Source: Isurus oxyrinchus
Lineage: Eukaryota
Direction of reading: 5' to 3'
Assembly: GCA_026770705.1 (NCBI GenBank)
Contig: JANJGN010000039.1
Coordinates: 3,038,001 to 3,102,000, forward strand
DNA length: 64,000 nt
Part shown: positions 38,767 through 51,663 of the stretch, in pieces
Layout: each line of letters begins with the position of its first letter
Position numbering within the stretch: position 1 is the first letter of the stretch
The notes under the pieces: generated by a model
Told to the model about the DNA's origin: nothing
Database searches by the model: none
What the model saw: only the letters and a program-made list of their open reading frames with translations
Position numbers and translations under genes: made by a program

Positions 38767-39562
38767 AAGCAGTCACAACGATTTGGCAATATGTATTTAT
38801 TTCGAGATGTATGCCCTGAATTGAGGGTTAATAAGCTCATAAAGGTTTCGGTAAACTAAATTAAACATGAAATAACAGCAGTTGGGATTAAAAGCAAATG
38901 CATAGGTTTACAAATTAACACAATAATAAATCCTAAAATGCCTAATTAATTTGGCTTCCATTTACACCCTCGTTAAGGCAACAGTAAAACAAGAAACACA
39001 TCCCGGCTAGTCACACATCACCCTGGACAGAATAATTCAAAGTGGCGTTTTTCACAGCTTGGATTTCAGTTGACAGCAGCCTTATGCTCAAACGATGGGG
39101 GCTTTTCCCAATTATGTTAGATTTTTCATTGCCTCCTCTAACTGCAAAGTTCCAGATCCTTGTTATATGTTTCTCCCTTTAACTGAAAATTTCATTTTCC
39201 CCAAATATCTGTTGAACATTACTTTTTTCCGTACAGAAACTCATTACATTGTGCTAATGTTATTGTTAACCTTTTTGAAAACAAAATAAATGCACCTCTT
39301 TGCTATTCTTCACGGTCTAGGTGTTACATCCTCTATGAAATTCAAACTACCCAGATTTAACTAAAATGCAGACTCTACACATCTCACATTCCAACTCTTC
39401 AGCCACGTTTACATATTTTGCATTACAAAACTTCCTAATTTTGTTGACTCAAGGCCTCCAGACTTAGTAATTTAATTGCTGTCTGCAAGTAACTTAAATC
39501 TCACAAACACACTGAAACTATTTAAAACCCAATATTAACCTACCTATAAAATAATATCACGA
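38767..39562 (-). mobile_element. Probable Gypsy LTR (longer version of 15439-15740)
   Basis: In unit 1 the homolog lies directly upstream of gag. Its end cctataaaataatatc resembles cctaaaataatatc next to the PPT at ~26088-26100. Copy at 62840-63635. Confidence 0.5.
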
Positions 39563-40294
39563 GAAATATTAGATATTCGGTACAATATGGTTTAAATGGA
39601 TTTCTAAAATACATAACATCAAGCCCTCAAGGAGGCTATTGTTTTCATTACTGGACACAACAATTTGCAATAATTTGAAAGCATTTGGACGGTTGCAGAA
39701 TAATTTCACCACTATCGCTCTAAGGAAGAGAATTATAAATTAGTTAGCAAGATCGTAGCATTTGAAGAGGGAAAGTTTAAATATGGCTCGCTAGGGAGAG
39801 AGTTAATTAACTTCATGGAGGTTTGAGTTTATTGTAAACAGGGCCGAGTGAATTGGTTTGTAAATGCTCAAAAGGAAAGGACGGGTTTGTAGGCCAGGGG
39901 CCACTGACGGTTCAATAGTCCTTGGGGAATGAGATGGTACTTGACCTGTAATTTGAGTTGAGGGAAGAGTTCCATAGAACACATGCGCAGGAGGTGTTGG
40001 TCAATGAGTCTCTAAACACACCCAGGCGATCAGAATCTGTTAATAAGTCCTTGAGGGTGCTGGGCTTATTAATCCTAGGCGCCAATGGTGGTGGTGGGGG
40101 GGGGGGGGGGGGTGGTGGGGGTGGGGCGGTGGAGGGGTCTGTGTGGAGGGGGGTGGTGGGTGGTGGATGGTATGGTTTTGGGTAGCGGGTGGTGGTGGTA
40201 AATGAAACTAAGGACCAGGGGGTGGATTATTAAATCCCGGGAAGAGGGAACAGGAGTGTGCAGACCCAGATGAAAGGTGCAGTGAACACTGCTT

Positions 40295-40380
40295 AAGAAA
40301 GAAAGCAAGAAATGAAAAAGCAAAAAAGCAAGAAAGAAGAAAGGAAAGAAAGAAAGACAGAAAGAAAGAAAGAAATAAAG
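40295..40380. repeat. (GAAA)n microsatellite
   Basis: Direct reading. Confidence 0.9.
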
Positions 40381-41039
40381 AGGAGCAGCAACTTAATTTA
40401 GCCATTGGGCCTGTCCCTTGTTTCAAACTCAGGAAGAAAATATGGATCAATATATTCAGTTTATGGGAGCATTAACTTAACTGCGCTGGGTTCACGTGTG
40501 TTACAAAGAAAACCAGGTAACGGTCGCTGATTTAGGAATGCTGGTTAGGGGCCCATATTAGTTTTCCACGATGGGATTGTTCTCATGAATAAAAACTGGG
40601 AGAGAGGAGGCAGTGTTGTGGACCTTGTAGAGAGGAAACTATTTGAAAGCTCTGGAAATTGGGGGCTGGATCTTTAATCTCAAGTGAGGGGCTGATAAGT
40701 AACAGCGTTGCCTGGGGCTACGGAAAATGATGATTTATATCAGTGAGTGGGCGTTCGCTAATGTAGCCTGGTGGTAGGCTGGCGGTAAAAATGGTAACAA
40801 TAATGGTGACAAACGGGGCGGGGGGCGGGCGGCGAGGTGGTGGGTGGGGGTAATAACGCCGGGGAGATGTCACAAGTTATTTAACCCCTGGGCAAGCGTG
40901 TGTTTTTATAAATGCATGAAGGAGACTTAGATTAGGAAACCCTGGGCAGAGACAGAATCTTAAAAGCCAGCGGCCTGGAAAACAGTTTAATACGCTAAGT
41001 GGCGAGGGAACGGTTTATTAAAAAGTGGGAAGAAAGTGA

Positions 41040-41560
41040 GGATGGGGGAATTAATTCAACCTGCGGGAATGGTCTCAGATGTGATTCAGGGAGTTTTGAT
41101 CATGGTTTTCAAGAGGAAATTGGTCTTGAGCTTGAAAGGGGAATATTTACCGGGCTACAGGGGAAGGGCGGAGGACTGGGACTAGATGTATAACATTTGC
41201 AGGCAGCCAATACAGATGTGAAGAGCTGAATGGCCTTCCTTTCTCTTGTAAACATTCAATGATTTACAGATTAAATTTCCAGTCACAAAATGTTTTACTC
41301 GTTCTGCCATTGACAGTAACTGCATTTCTATTTCATAACCGAGTTATTTTTCTGTAAAGGTGAGAGTGTCTCTCGCTCTAGTCCCTTTTCAGACAATGCG
41401 TTCCAAACTGCAACCAGACATTGCATGAAAAAAAGGATTACATTTCAGTGTAACTTTTCCAACAGCTTCATTGAATCTATTTAACCTGGAGATTGGCCTC
41501 TGTGCACATGGGAAGATTTTCATACCATTCTCTGCCTCTAGGTCCCTCATAATACTTTAA
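41040..41560. mobile_element. CR1-type 3' fragments (plus strand 41040-41270, minus strand ~41330-41560)
   Basis: gggctacaggggaagggcggaggactgggactag...gagctgaatggccttcct...ttgtaa tail, followed by an inverted CR1-like remnant. Confidence 0.5.
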
Positions 41561-41704
41561 CGCTGAGTTATTGGTGGGAGGGTTTTGATGGAGTATATAA
41601 TGCAGTGCAGACAGAAATCTGAGCTGTCCATTATTTTTGATTAAATCAGAAAACCATCAACGTATTGGCACCAATTTCCTGAAGGGGAATCTTGAAAAGT
41701 TAGT

Positions 41705-42200
41705 CAGTGGATATCGGATTCATCTACAACTATACAACATCGTATGAGCTGCAGACTAAAGATCTGGATCAGTGGGTACATAATTCAGATTCACCTCAGC
41801 AACATGCCAAAGACTGCGGACTGGAGATCTGGACCAATGCGTACAGGATACAAAACTTTCTGCGCAACAACCCATGTACCACTGACTGCATACCTGGACC
41901 GATGGAAAGAGGATTGAAGTCCATCTCCAACCTTGGCTGCTGACTCCAGACTGAAAATCTGGATCAGTGGCTACAGTATTCACGTTCAACCCCACAACAT
42001 CCCACGCTACACCAGGATGGAGATCTGGATAAGTAGAGACAAGATTCATATGCCCGTCCAACACATCGCTGCTCATGCAAACTGGAGATCTGTATCAGGG
42101 TATACAGGGATTAAATTCATCTCCAAAATATAATTGTTACTATAGGCTGGAGATCTGGATCAGGGGATACAGAAATTAAATTCATCTCCAAAATTTTTAG
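41705..42200. repeat. ~65-bp degenerate minisatellite, ~7.5 copies
   Basis: Recurrent gactggagatctggatcagtgg.taca..att.a.ttca.ctccaa at ~41754, 41819, 41885, 41949, 42015, 42080, 42145. Confidence 0.8.
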
Positions 42201-42229
42201 AGATAAAATCAATAAACTGTGGAAGGTGA

Positions 42230-42880
42230 AAATCCAAAAAGAAGACAGAAATACCTGGAAAAACTCAGCAGGTCTGGCAGCATTGGTGGAGAAGAACAAA
42301 TTTGACGTTTCAAGTCGTCATGACCCTTCAACAGTACTGAGTAAAATTAGGAGAGGGGTGAAATATAAGCTGGTTTAATGTTGGGGCGTGGGCGCGGTAC
42401 TGGGTGGGGATGGGGGAGAGATGTGCGTGCAGGGTGTGGCTGTAGAGACAAGCAAGCAGTAATAGATGCTGATAATCAAAAGCTGTCCCAGTCAAAAGAA
42501 CAAAGAGGTGTTGAAGGTGGTGACATTACCTAAAATAATGTGCTAAGTAAGAATGGATGGTAGGATGCACAAGGTACATATCTAGTGGAGGTGGGATGAA
42601 ATAAGACTAACAGGGCGTAAAAGGTATAGATTTACAAATAATGGAAATAGGTAGAAAAAGAAAAATCTATATAAATTATTGGAAAAAATGGAGGGGGAAG
42701 ACACAGAACGGGGGTGGGGATGGAGGAGGGAGTTCAAGATCTAAAGTTGTTGAATTCAGTATTCAGTCTGAAAGGCTGTAAAGTGTCTTATCGGAAGATG
42801 AGGTGCTGTTCCTGCAGTTTGCGTTGAGCTTCACTGGAACAATGCAGAAGGCCAAGGACAGACATGTGGGCAAGAGAGCA
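42230..42880 (-). mobile_element. Penelope-like element 3' end (GIY-YIG C-terminus plus pLTR)
   Basis: Minus strand reads CSLAHMSVLGLLHCSSEAQRKLQEQHLIFR*DTLQPFRLNTEFNNFRS*, then the terminal repeat with a hammerhead-like motif at 42301-42339. Confidence 0.8.
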
Positions 42881-42884
42881 CGCA

Positions 42885-43620
42885 GCATCGTAATTATTCC
42901 AGAAATTACAATCTTTGATGCCCTGCTTTTCAAGCTGCCACCTTGCTCCCTGAAGTCTTGTTGCAGGTCCCCATCACTGTTGGTACTTAGAACGCATATG
43001 AACCAATGCATTTGGCTGCTCGCCCTCCCCATTCAGAATTCCTTGGAGCAGTAAAATGACAGTCTTGACCCTGGTTCCAGAGAACTAACGCACCATCCTA
43101 GAGTCACACCTGTGGCCGCTGATACGCCTGACTCTGACCTAAACTACTGTTGTTCCTCGCTTTCATCACCCACCAGACTTTGCAGGAATAAACCCTTTCA
43201 CCATTTTCCAACACAAAGTAACAATCCATTCTTAAAAGAGACAGAATCTGTGCCTTTCCTGACTATTTGCTTGCTTCCCTTCTTCTGACTTTGGTCACCC
43301 ATTCCTTGTCTGAAGCACGACCTTAAACTGTGTGGTGACTGCATGTAAATAAAAAACACATGCTATCCATATAAGTCTCGGGCACCGGAGTGCACAACTG
43401 TGTATCCAGCTGATTGTTGAGCTCCAAAACCCGGTTCTCAAGCGCGTTGAAATGGTGCCACATTCTGCAGATATGATCATCCATGCAGCCAAGTGTACTT
43501 TATCTATGTCAGCCTCTATCTCAGACTTGCTGATCAGCTGTAGCGACCAGGAAGCACCGAAAACAGCTTCCTGATTGGGGAAGAAGGCCCCGAGTTACCA
43601 AATGAATTCCCAGATTGGCT
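42885..43620 (-). mobile_element. CR1 LINE ORF1 (esterase-like) fragment
   Basis: LSTNSDGDLQQDFREQGGSLKSRASKIVISGII resembles the CR1 ORF1 motif GTND...LQ..FRELG..LKSRTSKVVISGLL. Confidence 0.65.
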
Positions 43621-44142
43621 GTTACGTCCATTAGCCATCAAATGTTGCTCCCTGATTGGCTGAGGTAGGTGTCGGTCACCGGGCGGATTTCTCTGATTAT
43701 GTCAGGCGAATGTCAACGAAATAGCAAATAGGCTGAGTGAATCGTGGTTCACCTGGTCAAGCATTCCGATTGGATGAGGTGGCTTTCAACAGTGGGGTGC
43801 GTGAATTAATAGATTGGTTTTTGAGATGGTGGTTTTGGGTAATGTTTGTGAGTCCCTGGGTGAAGCTCCGGCCTGACTGTGCTACCTGTCAGACAGCGGG
43901 CGGAGCTCCCGGATTGGCTGAGTCTCTGAATAATATGTAGATCCGATACTTTACGACAGTCTTTAACTGCTGTCTGATCATGGACTGACTCACCCCATAA
44001 ATTAACATCTTTGTGCAGTAACTTTAATTCATCAGCATAAATTTGGCCCGTTAACATATATAGTCAGGATATCTATAGTAAAATAATTCACGAATTTTAA
44101 CATATGCGAATGGAAAAGATTCCCCGACGAGGAATGTGATTT

Positions 44143-44503
44143 TGTGCTGGTTAGATACATTCATACAGGGTGTTGATAATTGAGTGGATTTAGTGCTGGG
44201 TAACATTTATTCAGCAGAGTGTTTGATAAGTGAATGGGTTTACTGCTGGTTAAAATCAATTGAGCAGAGTATCGATAAGTGAATGGGATTTAGAGCTGGT
44301 TAAAATACATTCAACAGAGTGTTGATAAGTGAGTAGATTTAGTGCTGGTAAAAATACATTCAGCAGATCATTGAGAAGTGAATGAGATTTAGTGCTGTTT
44401 AAAATACATTCAGCAGAGTGTTGATAAGTGTGTACTGGTTAAAATGCATTCAGCAGATTGGTGCTAAGTGAATGGCACTTTCACTGTTTAAAATACATTC
44501 AGC
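44143..44503. repeat. ~49-50 bp minisatellite, ~7.5 copies
   Basis: Paralog of 16617-17030 with one fewer unit. Confidence 0.9.
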
Positions 44504-47500
44504 TGCCATTTCCATGTCCCCCATGCTTAATGCCCAAGTCTCATCCAGGATGTGACTAACATTTAGTTCCTCTTTTGTTTCATGTGTGATTGAAGGCTCT
44601 TTTAATGTATGTTGCCACATTTCTTGCCAGGCATGTGCTAATGTCTCCAACTGAATTTTGTTTGGAAACTGTTTTGCATGTGCCTACATTTTCTCAGCCT
44701 TCTGGCCTAATGCCAATCTTGGCTTAATTGTGCACCGTTCCTTTCCAGGTATAAAACGCGTGCCTTTCTGAGTTAGCCACGGGGACATCACCCTTAATTT
44801 AGTTGATGACCATTCCTAGAATAAACTACTTTTTAATTATGGCGTGGGTGAATGGCTGCCACTCTCTCAGACTTTGCCTTTACTCTCAAAGATTTGCAAA
44901 CCGTTTAATCCTTAAAACCAATTTACTAATTTTCCACACACATCTCAATAATTTAGTCACCATCTCACTGAGCATCATCAACAATCTTTGATATAAAGTT
45001 CCATGTTGCTGCATCAGGGTTTCATGTGCATTTCACTGAACTGGCAGCTGAGGCTGCAGAACAGATCCTGGGTTGTCACAGTCACTCATGTTTGTTGATT
45101 TGGAGGACACCGCATTTTTCTGAATGTCTGCCTCCCACATTTTAATTTCTTTCATATCCTGGCCATTAGGGCGCTCCCAATTCCATTCAACCCTAACATG
45201 TACCTCATTTATCAGGGAAAAATCGATATGAATTAGCAGCCGATCACGGCACAAGAATACATACACGTCCATTTATTTTTAATGCTTGAAATGATTTAAA
45301 GAAAAGGACGGCAACCACCCTCGGATATTCCTCATCGGGAGACTGGAGTCGATTTGAAAGGACAGACAGTCACCATTCTCTGCATCATGACAGAAGGAAA
45401 CCGTTCCAAATCTGATTTTACAGGGATAATCCACGGCTGCCCTCTCCAGAAATCCTCACAAAAGTCACCATTGGGACATTAAGGATGACCAGAAAGCGGC
45501 ACAGAGGACGGCAACAGCGCGAAAATAAAGCGCCCCCTCCCCTCCCCGGTCACTAAAAGCTGGTTAGCCTGTGATGGTCATTATCGAAGGTCAGTGAAAT
45601 GCTACCGGGAGACATCATATATGGGATTAGCTCACTTGATGTTCAAATGGGGACAGTGAGAAGTAGTCTGATTTAGTGTCGTTATTCTCCTGACAATGTT
45701 ATTGTGAAAAACGGTCCTTGGCTGACTGAGAGCAGGGATCGACTCCAACCCGCCTGACATCAAACCCGCAGCTCGAATGTTGCTTTCCAATTTTACCAGA
45801 TGGCTCTCTGATCGAGCAGAATGATATGTTCAACGTCCCAATAGCGGCACGGGGTCACGGTTTCGTTTACCTTTCACTGCAGTGAGTCTAGTGACTTCTC
45901 CTAAAGCACTTTCAGACAGGTTACCCTTCTGACATTGCACGTTTCCTGGCAGATTACCTTAACTAGATGATAGATCTTTTGAGAAACTATTTTTATGTGG
46001 AATACTGTAAGTTTATTAGATTCCAATGCAGCATTGAAGGATTTCTGCACTGATGGACTGCCAGTACAGAATTGTACTGCATTATCTGTGTTTCAGTACT
46101 GAGGAGTTGCTGCACCGCCAGAGAGTCAGTACTGAGAGAGCAGGACACCGTCAGAAGCATCAATGCTGGAGCAGAGATGAATTACAGGATGGTTGGAACA
46201 GGTTCAGTGCTGCATTGTCGAAAGATCAGTACTGGAAGTATGCTGTTCGTTGAAGAGAGGGATAGGGTGAGACAAGTGGAGAGAGAGAGTGAAAGACAGA
46301 GATTTTGAGAAAAAAATGCAAAAACAAAAATAGAGGTAACAGGACGGCGAGTGGAAGAGAGAGGGTGAGAAAGGAGGTAGACAGCACTGATGGAGCGCTG
46401 CACTATCGGTGGGTCAGTACGAAATCATTCTTCTCTGTCAAATTTTAAGACAGAAGGGGTGCTGCACACTTGTATGGTCACCGCTGAGGGATCACTTCTG
46501 TGTATTTGTCTCTCCGTCTCTCCCTCTCTTGCTCTTCCTCTCACCTTCCTGTTATCTCACATTTTGTTTTTGTTTCTTTCTCAACATCTGTCTGTCTGTC
46601 TGTCTCTCACTCCTTCTTTGTCCTTCTCTCACTCAATCCCTCTCTTAAGTCCTTTTCACGTCCTCTGCCCTGTCACTCAATGTCTCCCTCTCTCCCTCTC
46701 TTATTGTACGTCTCTCCCTTTCTCACTGTTGTTCTCTTCCAGACTCCAGTTCTCTCTTTATCTGTTTCTCGCTCTCTGTCTTTCTGCCGCTCACCAGCCC
46801 AGCATGTTCACCTCGCACTATGCTTCCACCTCTCTCTCTATCAGCCTTTTTCTCTCCCCCCACTCATACTCTTTCTATCACTTTTTCAACCTCTCTTTGT
46901 CTTTCTCTGTCTGTTAAGCAACCTGCGTCTTTCTCTCCTTCTCTCTCTACACCAATCTGCATCTCCTTTAAGGGAGATCGAGGTCCAGTTGTGCCATCTT
47001 GCCCAACACACACACCTCAAATCCCCTGCAACGCCGCCCCCTTTCTGCAGCTGAATTGATACCCACTTCCGTTGTAAACACTAGCATTCAGTGGGAGCTG
47101 GCGTTTTGCCCATGCACTGATTTCCACTGTTACCTCACTATCACTTTGTTATCTTACTGCTTTGTTGGTTACCCTAAATCTACGCTGTGACCACATCTCC
47201 TCTGACGAGACCGCACCACGTTGCACTCTGACATTCCATTTCGGCTTCCAATCACGTGTTGGAAGGATGATTCATTTCCAATCACTGAGAAGCAGCGGAC
47301 GGTTCCACCGGCGATTTTGGAAGTAGGCTATCAGTGGCTTAATTTTCTGTTCATTCAGTGCAAGAGAGAAGTATAATGGCCATGTTTCTTGGGCAATGGA
47401 AGTGTGGAAATGGCTTGAGAAGTGTTTCCTGCCCTTCCCGTGTGAGGCTTGGGGAGGATGGTCTTTGCATTCGTCCAATGGGATGGGAGAAGTAGGTCAG

Positions 47501-48045
47501 TGATTAACATTCAGGGCCTCCTCTTGCCCCCGCACACCACACCCCCCCCCCCACCCCCCCACCACCATCTCCCCACCCCCGCTGCTGTAAATAAGATAAA
47601 ATGATTTAATTCTGGAAAATCATGGTTTCTTTGTACGCACAGTGAGAGACATTTTCCTCCATTCAAACTGAGTAACGAGCTGATAAAATATTGGCAGCGC
47701 TGCGTGATTCTGTTCCTTTGATAAGACACCTTGAACGTACAAGGCGGCCCCATCCTACCCCCACTCCCCCGTGCCAGCTGGCAATGTTAAATTCAAGGAG
47801 AGAATTCATGAAACTCCTAGCAATTTAATACTTCCAGATAGTAAACCCACTTCCACCTCCCAAAAATCCCCACCCCATCTCGCAGCCACATCTGCTGAAA
47901 AGGTTAAGTTAAATGTTAAAATTCAAGAAGTTCGCATTGATTCTTTCTGCCAGTGACAGACCCATAGCCCCTGCTGAAAATGTGAAATAATGCCCTATAA
48001 ATGTCAGATATTCAGCTCTTCTAATCATTGAACTAAGTAAAGAAT

Positions 48046-48923
48046 TTAAGTGAAAGGATATTTCAACATTTTCCACAACTGCTTCCTGAACTTAGTCTGT
48101 GTCACAGCATAAATCCAAGTGTTTGTGCAGCAACTAAGGAGCTGCAGCATGAAGCCCAATTCCATAACAAAAAAATCTAGATACAGGGAATTATAGCCTA
48201 AATCAGACATCCGCAACCATATGGAAAACAACATTAGCATTCCCCATAAAATGATGAAATTGGCTGAAATATAAAAGAGTAACATGATTGATTTCTTTCG
48301 ATTCTCCACCGCTGGGTCGTTGGGGCTTTGCCCACTCCTGTGAGGCCGGAGTCTCTTGCGGGCCCTGCTGGTCACTAAAATATACTCGATGGTCAAAATA
48401 TTGATCAGCAGGATCAGCACAAATGGGACACACGGTGTTAGAATGTGATGGGTGAACTCGATTGTTACCCAGGTAGGATTGAACAGAACCTCCTTTCTGT
48501 AACCACAAAACGAGGGGAAGTTTACCATCCAGTACTGACCTGTAAGCAAAAAATACCAGAAAATGTTCTTTGAACAGCTCAGTGCAATGACGGTTCCCAG
48601 AATCACAGCTGCCGTTTCCTCACTGCAATATTTAGTTTTCAGCTTCGGGCAACAAATGGCCACAAATCGATCCAAGGTAAAAGTGACAGTGAACCACACA
48701 GAACAGTCAGTGGCTGCATAAAGCAGGACGGCATGGATATTACACACTGGGATTGATCGCAGGAAAGAAAAATACTTATCAAACACAATTGGAATATGCC
48801 TCAGTATCAGGTCCAGGATAATGACCAGTAGATCAGCTACTGCCATGGCCACCAGGTAACGGGTAACACAATTGGAGAGGCCACACCTCCGGCGCCTGAG
48901 TATCACAATCGTGACATAGTTCA
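48046..48923 (-). CDS. GPR139/GPR142-like class A GPCR, gene A2, coding exon 2
   Basis: Intact 292-codon paralog of 20586-21463 with 11 amino-acid differences, the same acceptor and the same DRF and TNTWIY motifs. Confidence 0.92.
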
Positions 48924-49979
48924 CTGCAAGGAAAGGTAATAAATAATAAAAGGCTATATCACTCTGGTACCAAAGTTGCCAGTAAAATTGAGATGCGATG
49001 GAGATGTGTTACAGCATCCTCCAGTGTAATGAAATGAATGGTCCAGAAACAAGGTATAAAAAATGTCTGTGATATACTGGAAGGCAGGATACATTGAATG
49101 GTTAAAATAAGGAGGTGGGAATAAGGTGGAGATGGGAGTTTGCGGGAGAGCGGGAATATTTGCGAGACAAAGGAGGAAAGGAGTAATCGGGGGATAATCG
49201 GTGCACGTAGCGGTGATAACAGCGCATGGAGTGGTGGGCAAGCGTGCCCATTACGGGTGGTACTCATAGGTGATGTTGGAACTCATGAGTGGGAGGGGAG
49301 ACGTGTTTGAGTGAGAGCAGCCAGAGGTGATGATTGCGTTCAGGCAAATAAGTGAAATGGGGTATTTTAATATTTTGCTCAACATATCTCCTGACAGGAA
49401 GGCTCTGCAGTTATGTGATGGAATGTTTCCTCTCTCCAAGGATGTTATTTTAGGAATTTCGAAGAGAGCTTTCTTGCGAAATATCATTTCAAATTAAAGG
49501 ATAAATGACCATTTCTTACAAAATACGAAATGCAATTAATAATGATCATGTACACCACAAACACTCATACACCCTCACACAAAAATAATAATTTGCAGAA
49601 ATGCTGCACATACTTAAGTTATTACGAGTGTAGAACAGGAACAGCTCATTCCTTAATGTGCTTAATGTGCTGGTTGTAAACATTGCAGGACTGAGGTCTT
49701 CATTCCTCGGTTATTGAAGACAAATGGAGTTTTTAAATATCTGGCTTTTAGTCGACAATGTGATGGAGCCTCTGTGTTGAAGATATGTACCAACATGTAC
49801 AGCCTATCAGCCTCTTTTAATGCCTGAAATCTTCAAAAATGTCTCTTAAAAATATTATTTTGAAGTGTTTCTATTATGAGCAAAAGTCTCCCTGTCCTTC
49901 GATCTTGGTGTTGGATTTCGAATCTCCAAACACTAAATTTTACGTTGTGAACAACTTCAGAAAATGAAGTTATGTTCAA

Positions 49980-51663
49980 ACTGGTTTCTTAGTGGCACAG
50001 CGAGACAACCTGTTAAAGGCGAAGGCATCCAGAATATATCTTACCACAATCTCCTCTTCTCCTGCAGTGTACTCCGGATTCCTGGTGACAATGCCTGTGT
50101 CCTTAAGATGGTGATGATATGAAGGATGCAGCAGAACACTATGAATATGATCACCCGCTCCAGCGTGTAAGGGAGAGTTCACTTCCAATGGCTCAGGAAT
50201 GAGAAGCGTTTCTTTCCCACAATGGCGGGCTGATCCACAATGGCCTGTGCGACTCCATTACACTTGGTATTGAGGTGTTATGTTCACCTGCTTTGTTGGA
50301 GGTAGGGAATGGTAAAGTTGCATTCTTTTGATCCATGTATCGACGGGGCAGACTTCATCTACGAAAAGCCACTGTGTGCTTCCCTATGGAGCTACGGAGA
50401 TGCTGGAAACGTCCGACTGCTTCATAATGAAGGTATTGTGGCTCTCGCCAGGATATTGGATGTTCACCAACGTGATGTACTGTGCATAAATATACATCAA
50501 ATGGACGTGAATTCAGTCAGAATTCTTTCAGAGCCTTTAACTCTGTCCATTCTAATGGGGACACGGCAGAATTACGTACACCATTGGGAATCCCTCTGCC
50601 CTGGGAGACCATGGGACCGATCATTCTGCTTCTCCCTATTAAGGGAGCAAAAGTACAAACGTGGCACCCAACAGAGATGTTCTCTGTCAGCTAATGAATA
50701 CATAGTTAGACAACATACTGGGAGATAATTAATATAACACCAGCTATTCTCCTGCGTGTACTGTTCCGAATCCATAGCACTTTCAATGATCATGTGAACA
50801 CCGTGTCCAAAGACAGCAGCTCCCTCACCCTGGTGTGCGGCCCCAGGTCCTGTTGAAGGAGGTGACACGGGTCTGTAGCACCTTATTGTTGTGTCAGAGT
50901 TATATCCGTCTCTGAACATGTTTTGGGTGTAGGTTTGTAAAGTGTTCCTGACAATCCAGGGGTGCTTAGAGCAGTGCAACACCTCTCCCCCCCAAAAAAA
51001 TGTTAACAGACGGTCCCCTCCCTATTCACTCCGCTCATTTCGCTCGTCATGGTACAGGTCCAGGTGCACTGTAACTACATCCTCAAAACCTCTTCCAAGG
51101 TTGGGCCTATAGATACTCTATCCTCTCTCAATTTATGCAGCCCTTCACAGCACAGCACCATGAAGACCATCTAAAGCACTTCACTGGACTTTGAAATAAC
51201 AGTGATAAAAAAAAACAACTGCAGATGCTGGAAATCCAAAAAGTTCTGTCGAAGGGTCATGAGGACTCGAAATGTCAACTCTTTTCTTCTCCGCCGATGC
51301 TACCAGAACTGCTGAGTTTTTCCAGGTAATTCTGCTTTTGTTTTGAAATAACAGTAGTCAGTCAAATTCCGTTCAGCTGACAGTCAGATGTCTGGCCCGT
51401 TTCAATTAAATTGGAAAGGGTGCCTCGTGTTTTTTAACAAATATTTAGCTGAGAGTGATTAACACAGCTTTTTGGTGGACGGTACAGCCAGTGTTTCAAA
51501 GGCATGCATCAAACATGCTGAAAACCCCCGCACGACACGGGACACCATGTGTGAGTTTCTGGACATGGGATTGATTGGAGAAGCGAGATGAAATTGTGAT
51601 CAAATCACACGATTGGGAATTTTGAAATTGACGGACTGAAAGACCTGGCAGCAATCTTGGCCC
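49980..51663 (-). mobile_element. PIF/Harbinger transposase relic in the GPCR A2 intron
   Basis: Duplicate of 22520-24201. Confidence 0.72.
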
